Shown here piece by piece: positions 49,031-64,000 of a DNA stretch of 64,000 nucleotides. The notes beneath the pieces were generated by a model. The model saw nothing but the letters and a program-made list of their open reading frames with translations, had not been told where the DNA came from and did no database searches. The stretch comes from Amoebidium appalachense. Taxonomy: Eukaryota; Protista; Ichthyosporea. The position numbers were made by a program, and so were the translations under genes. Numbering within the stretch: position 1 is the stretch's first letter; each line of letters starts with the position of its first letter. The stretch is taken from positions 1,571,399 to 1,635,398 of the forward strand of contig CAVNZM010000018.1 in NCBI GenBank assembly GCA_963693365.1, given 5' to 3'.

Positions 49031-49867
49031 AAAGGCATGGGCACCCACCCACACCTACCCACACACCCACTGTTGACGTCACCCATGCTCACACCACACA
49101 ACCACGGCCACCGAAAATATGCACCCCTCCCCCCCCCCCCCCCCCCCCTTCCCCCCATCCCAACACCCACACACACAACACAGTGTTACTACACCACACG
49201 CACGGAAATTCGTATACAAACGTCTCAGGTACGCATATCTAGGTGTGCGTACGGACATATGTATATGTAAACCTACAAATGCACCGAGACATAGTTTCGA
49301 TGATATGCTTTGCCATTTATTTGGTTTTGTCATGGCCTGTTATGAAAAATTACACACTCCGCTATAAACATACCTATTTCAGCTGTCTACTAGTAAACTG
49401 TCATACACTGCAATATATATATTTACAGCAAACATATTTCAAAATTACCATAGATTGTACATGTCACGGGCTACAACAAGCAATATACTTCGAATTCGGG
49501 TATCTATCTGTCAAAAAAGACCAAACAAAACTTGTGTTAACCCATAACACGACATAATTATTAGGACCATTGGGCCTTAATTTCAGTACAAAAACCAGAA
49601 AAAACACAACCTTTTGTTATGTACCTACTCTGGTAAACAACAGACAACAAATATTAGCCAAGGCTTCCTTATAATCGGCCAAAGAAAACGCTGTATTACA
49701 GGGTTTTGGTTTCAAATTTCATTTGTGTGGTAGGGAAACGGTCCACTTTCGTATATGCAACCACATTTTCTTAACATTTTTTGTATTTGTGGTCTCGCAT
49801 TCGAATATGTCCCTGCTACTAAAGGTAGCCTTCCTCCGTCCCTAACATTGCTTCCCCCCCTCCCCCC

Positions 49868-49898
<31 letters not shown>

Positions 49899-50162
49899 AT
49901 ACACACACACCTTTTCCCCCTCCCTTCTCCTCTGTGCACGACCCACCACCGCCGCCATTGGGTGTCTCGGGTTTTGCAACATCATAGAAATTTGGAATTA
50001 TACCATCACCTCCCCTATCCTTTTTTTACCTTTGACACGAGAACCATTTTTTTTGGGCACGTGCACCCACGTGAATGCATGCAGGTGTTGTAGCCGTGAA
50101 TTTTCCACCCTCCCCCCCCCCCCCCCCCCCCCCCCCGTTTTCTTCTTCTTTTCCACTTTTCC

Positions 50163-50193
<31 letters not shown>

Positions 50194-50289
50194 GGTGGTG
50201 GTGATGGGTGGGTGGGTGGGTGGGTGGGTGGGTGGGTGGGGGGGGGGGGGGGGGGGGGGGGGTTGATGGGGGGATGGCTGGTTCCTTGA

Positions 50290-64000
<13,711 letters not shown>

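Overview
Eukaryotic genomic DNA with spliceosomal introns full of (CA)n/(GT)n/(GA)n microsatellites and poly-C/poly-G tracts; most entries in the ORF track are repeat artefacts. The left ~28 kb is a nested transposon field. It holds the right part of a CACTA/Plavaka-like element (373-bp satellite in an intron, zinc-finger cargo gene), a spliced DUF6589-like gene, an intact APE+RT non-LTR retrotransposon ORF, a Tc1/pogo-type element inserted into the TIR of its own family, two related piggyBac-like deletion derivatives, and a PIF/Harbinger element. The right part has host genes: a SAS-4/CPAP (CENPJ)-like centriole gene (-), a 7-exon GMC oxidoreductase (+) and a long uncharacterised multi-exon gene (-). 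The most unusual signal is the retrotransposon concatemer at 11165-15613: a LINE 3' end, a 5'-truncated LINE and two ~120-nt units are joined head-to-tail at a shared GTAAACCC-N-ATATAGTC terminus, with no terminal poly(A) and no visible TSD. All family calls come from motif recognition by eye; no searches were run.
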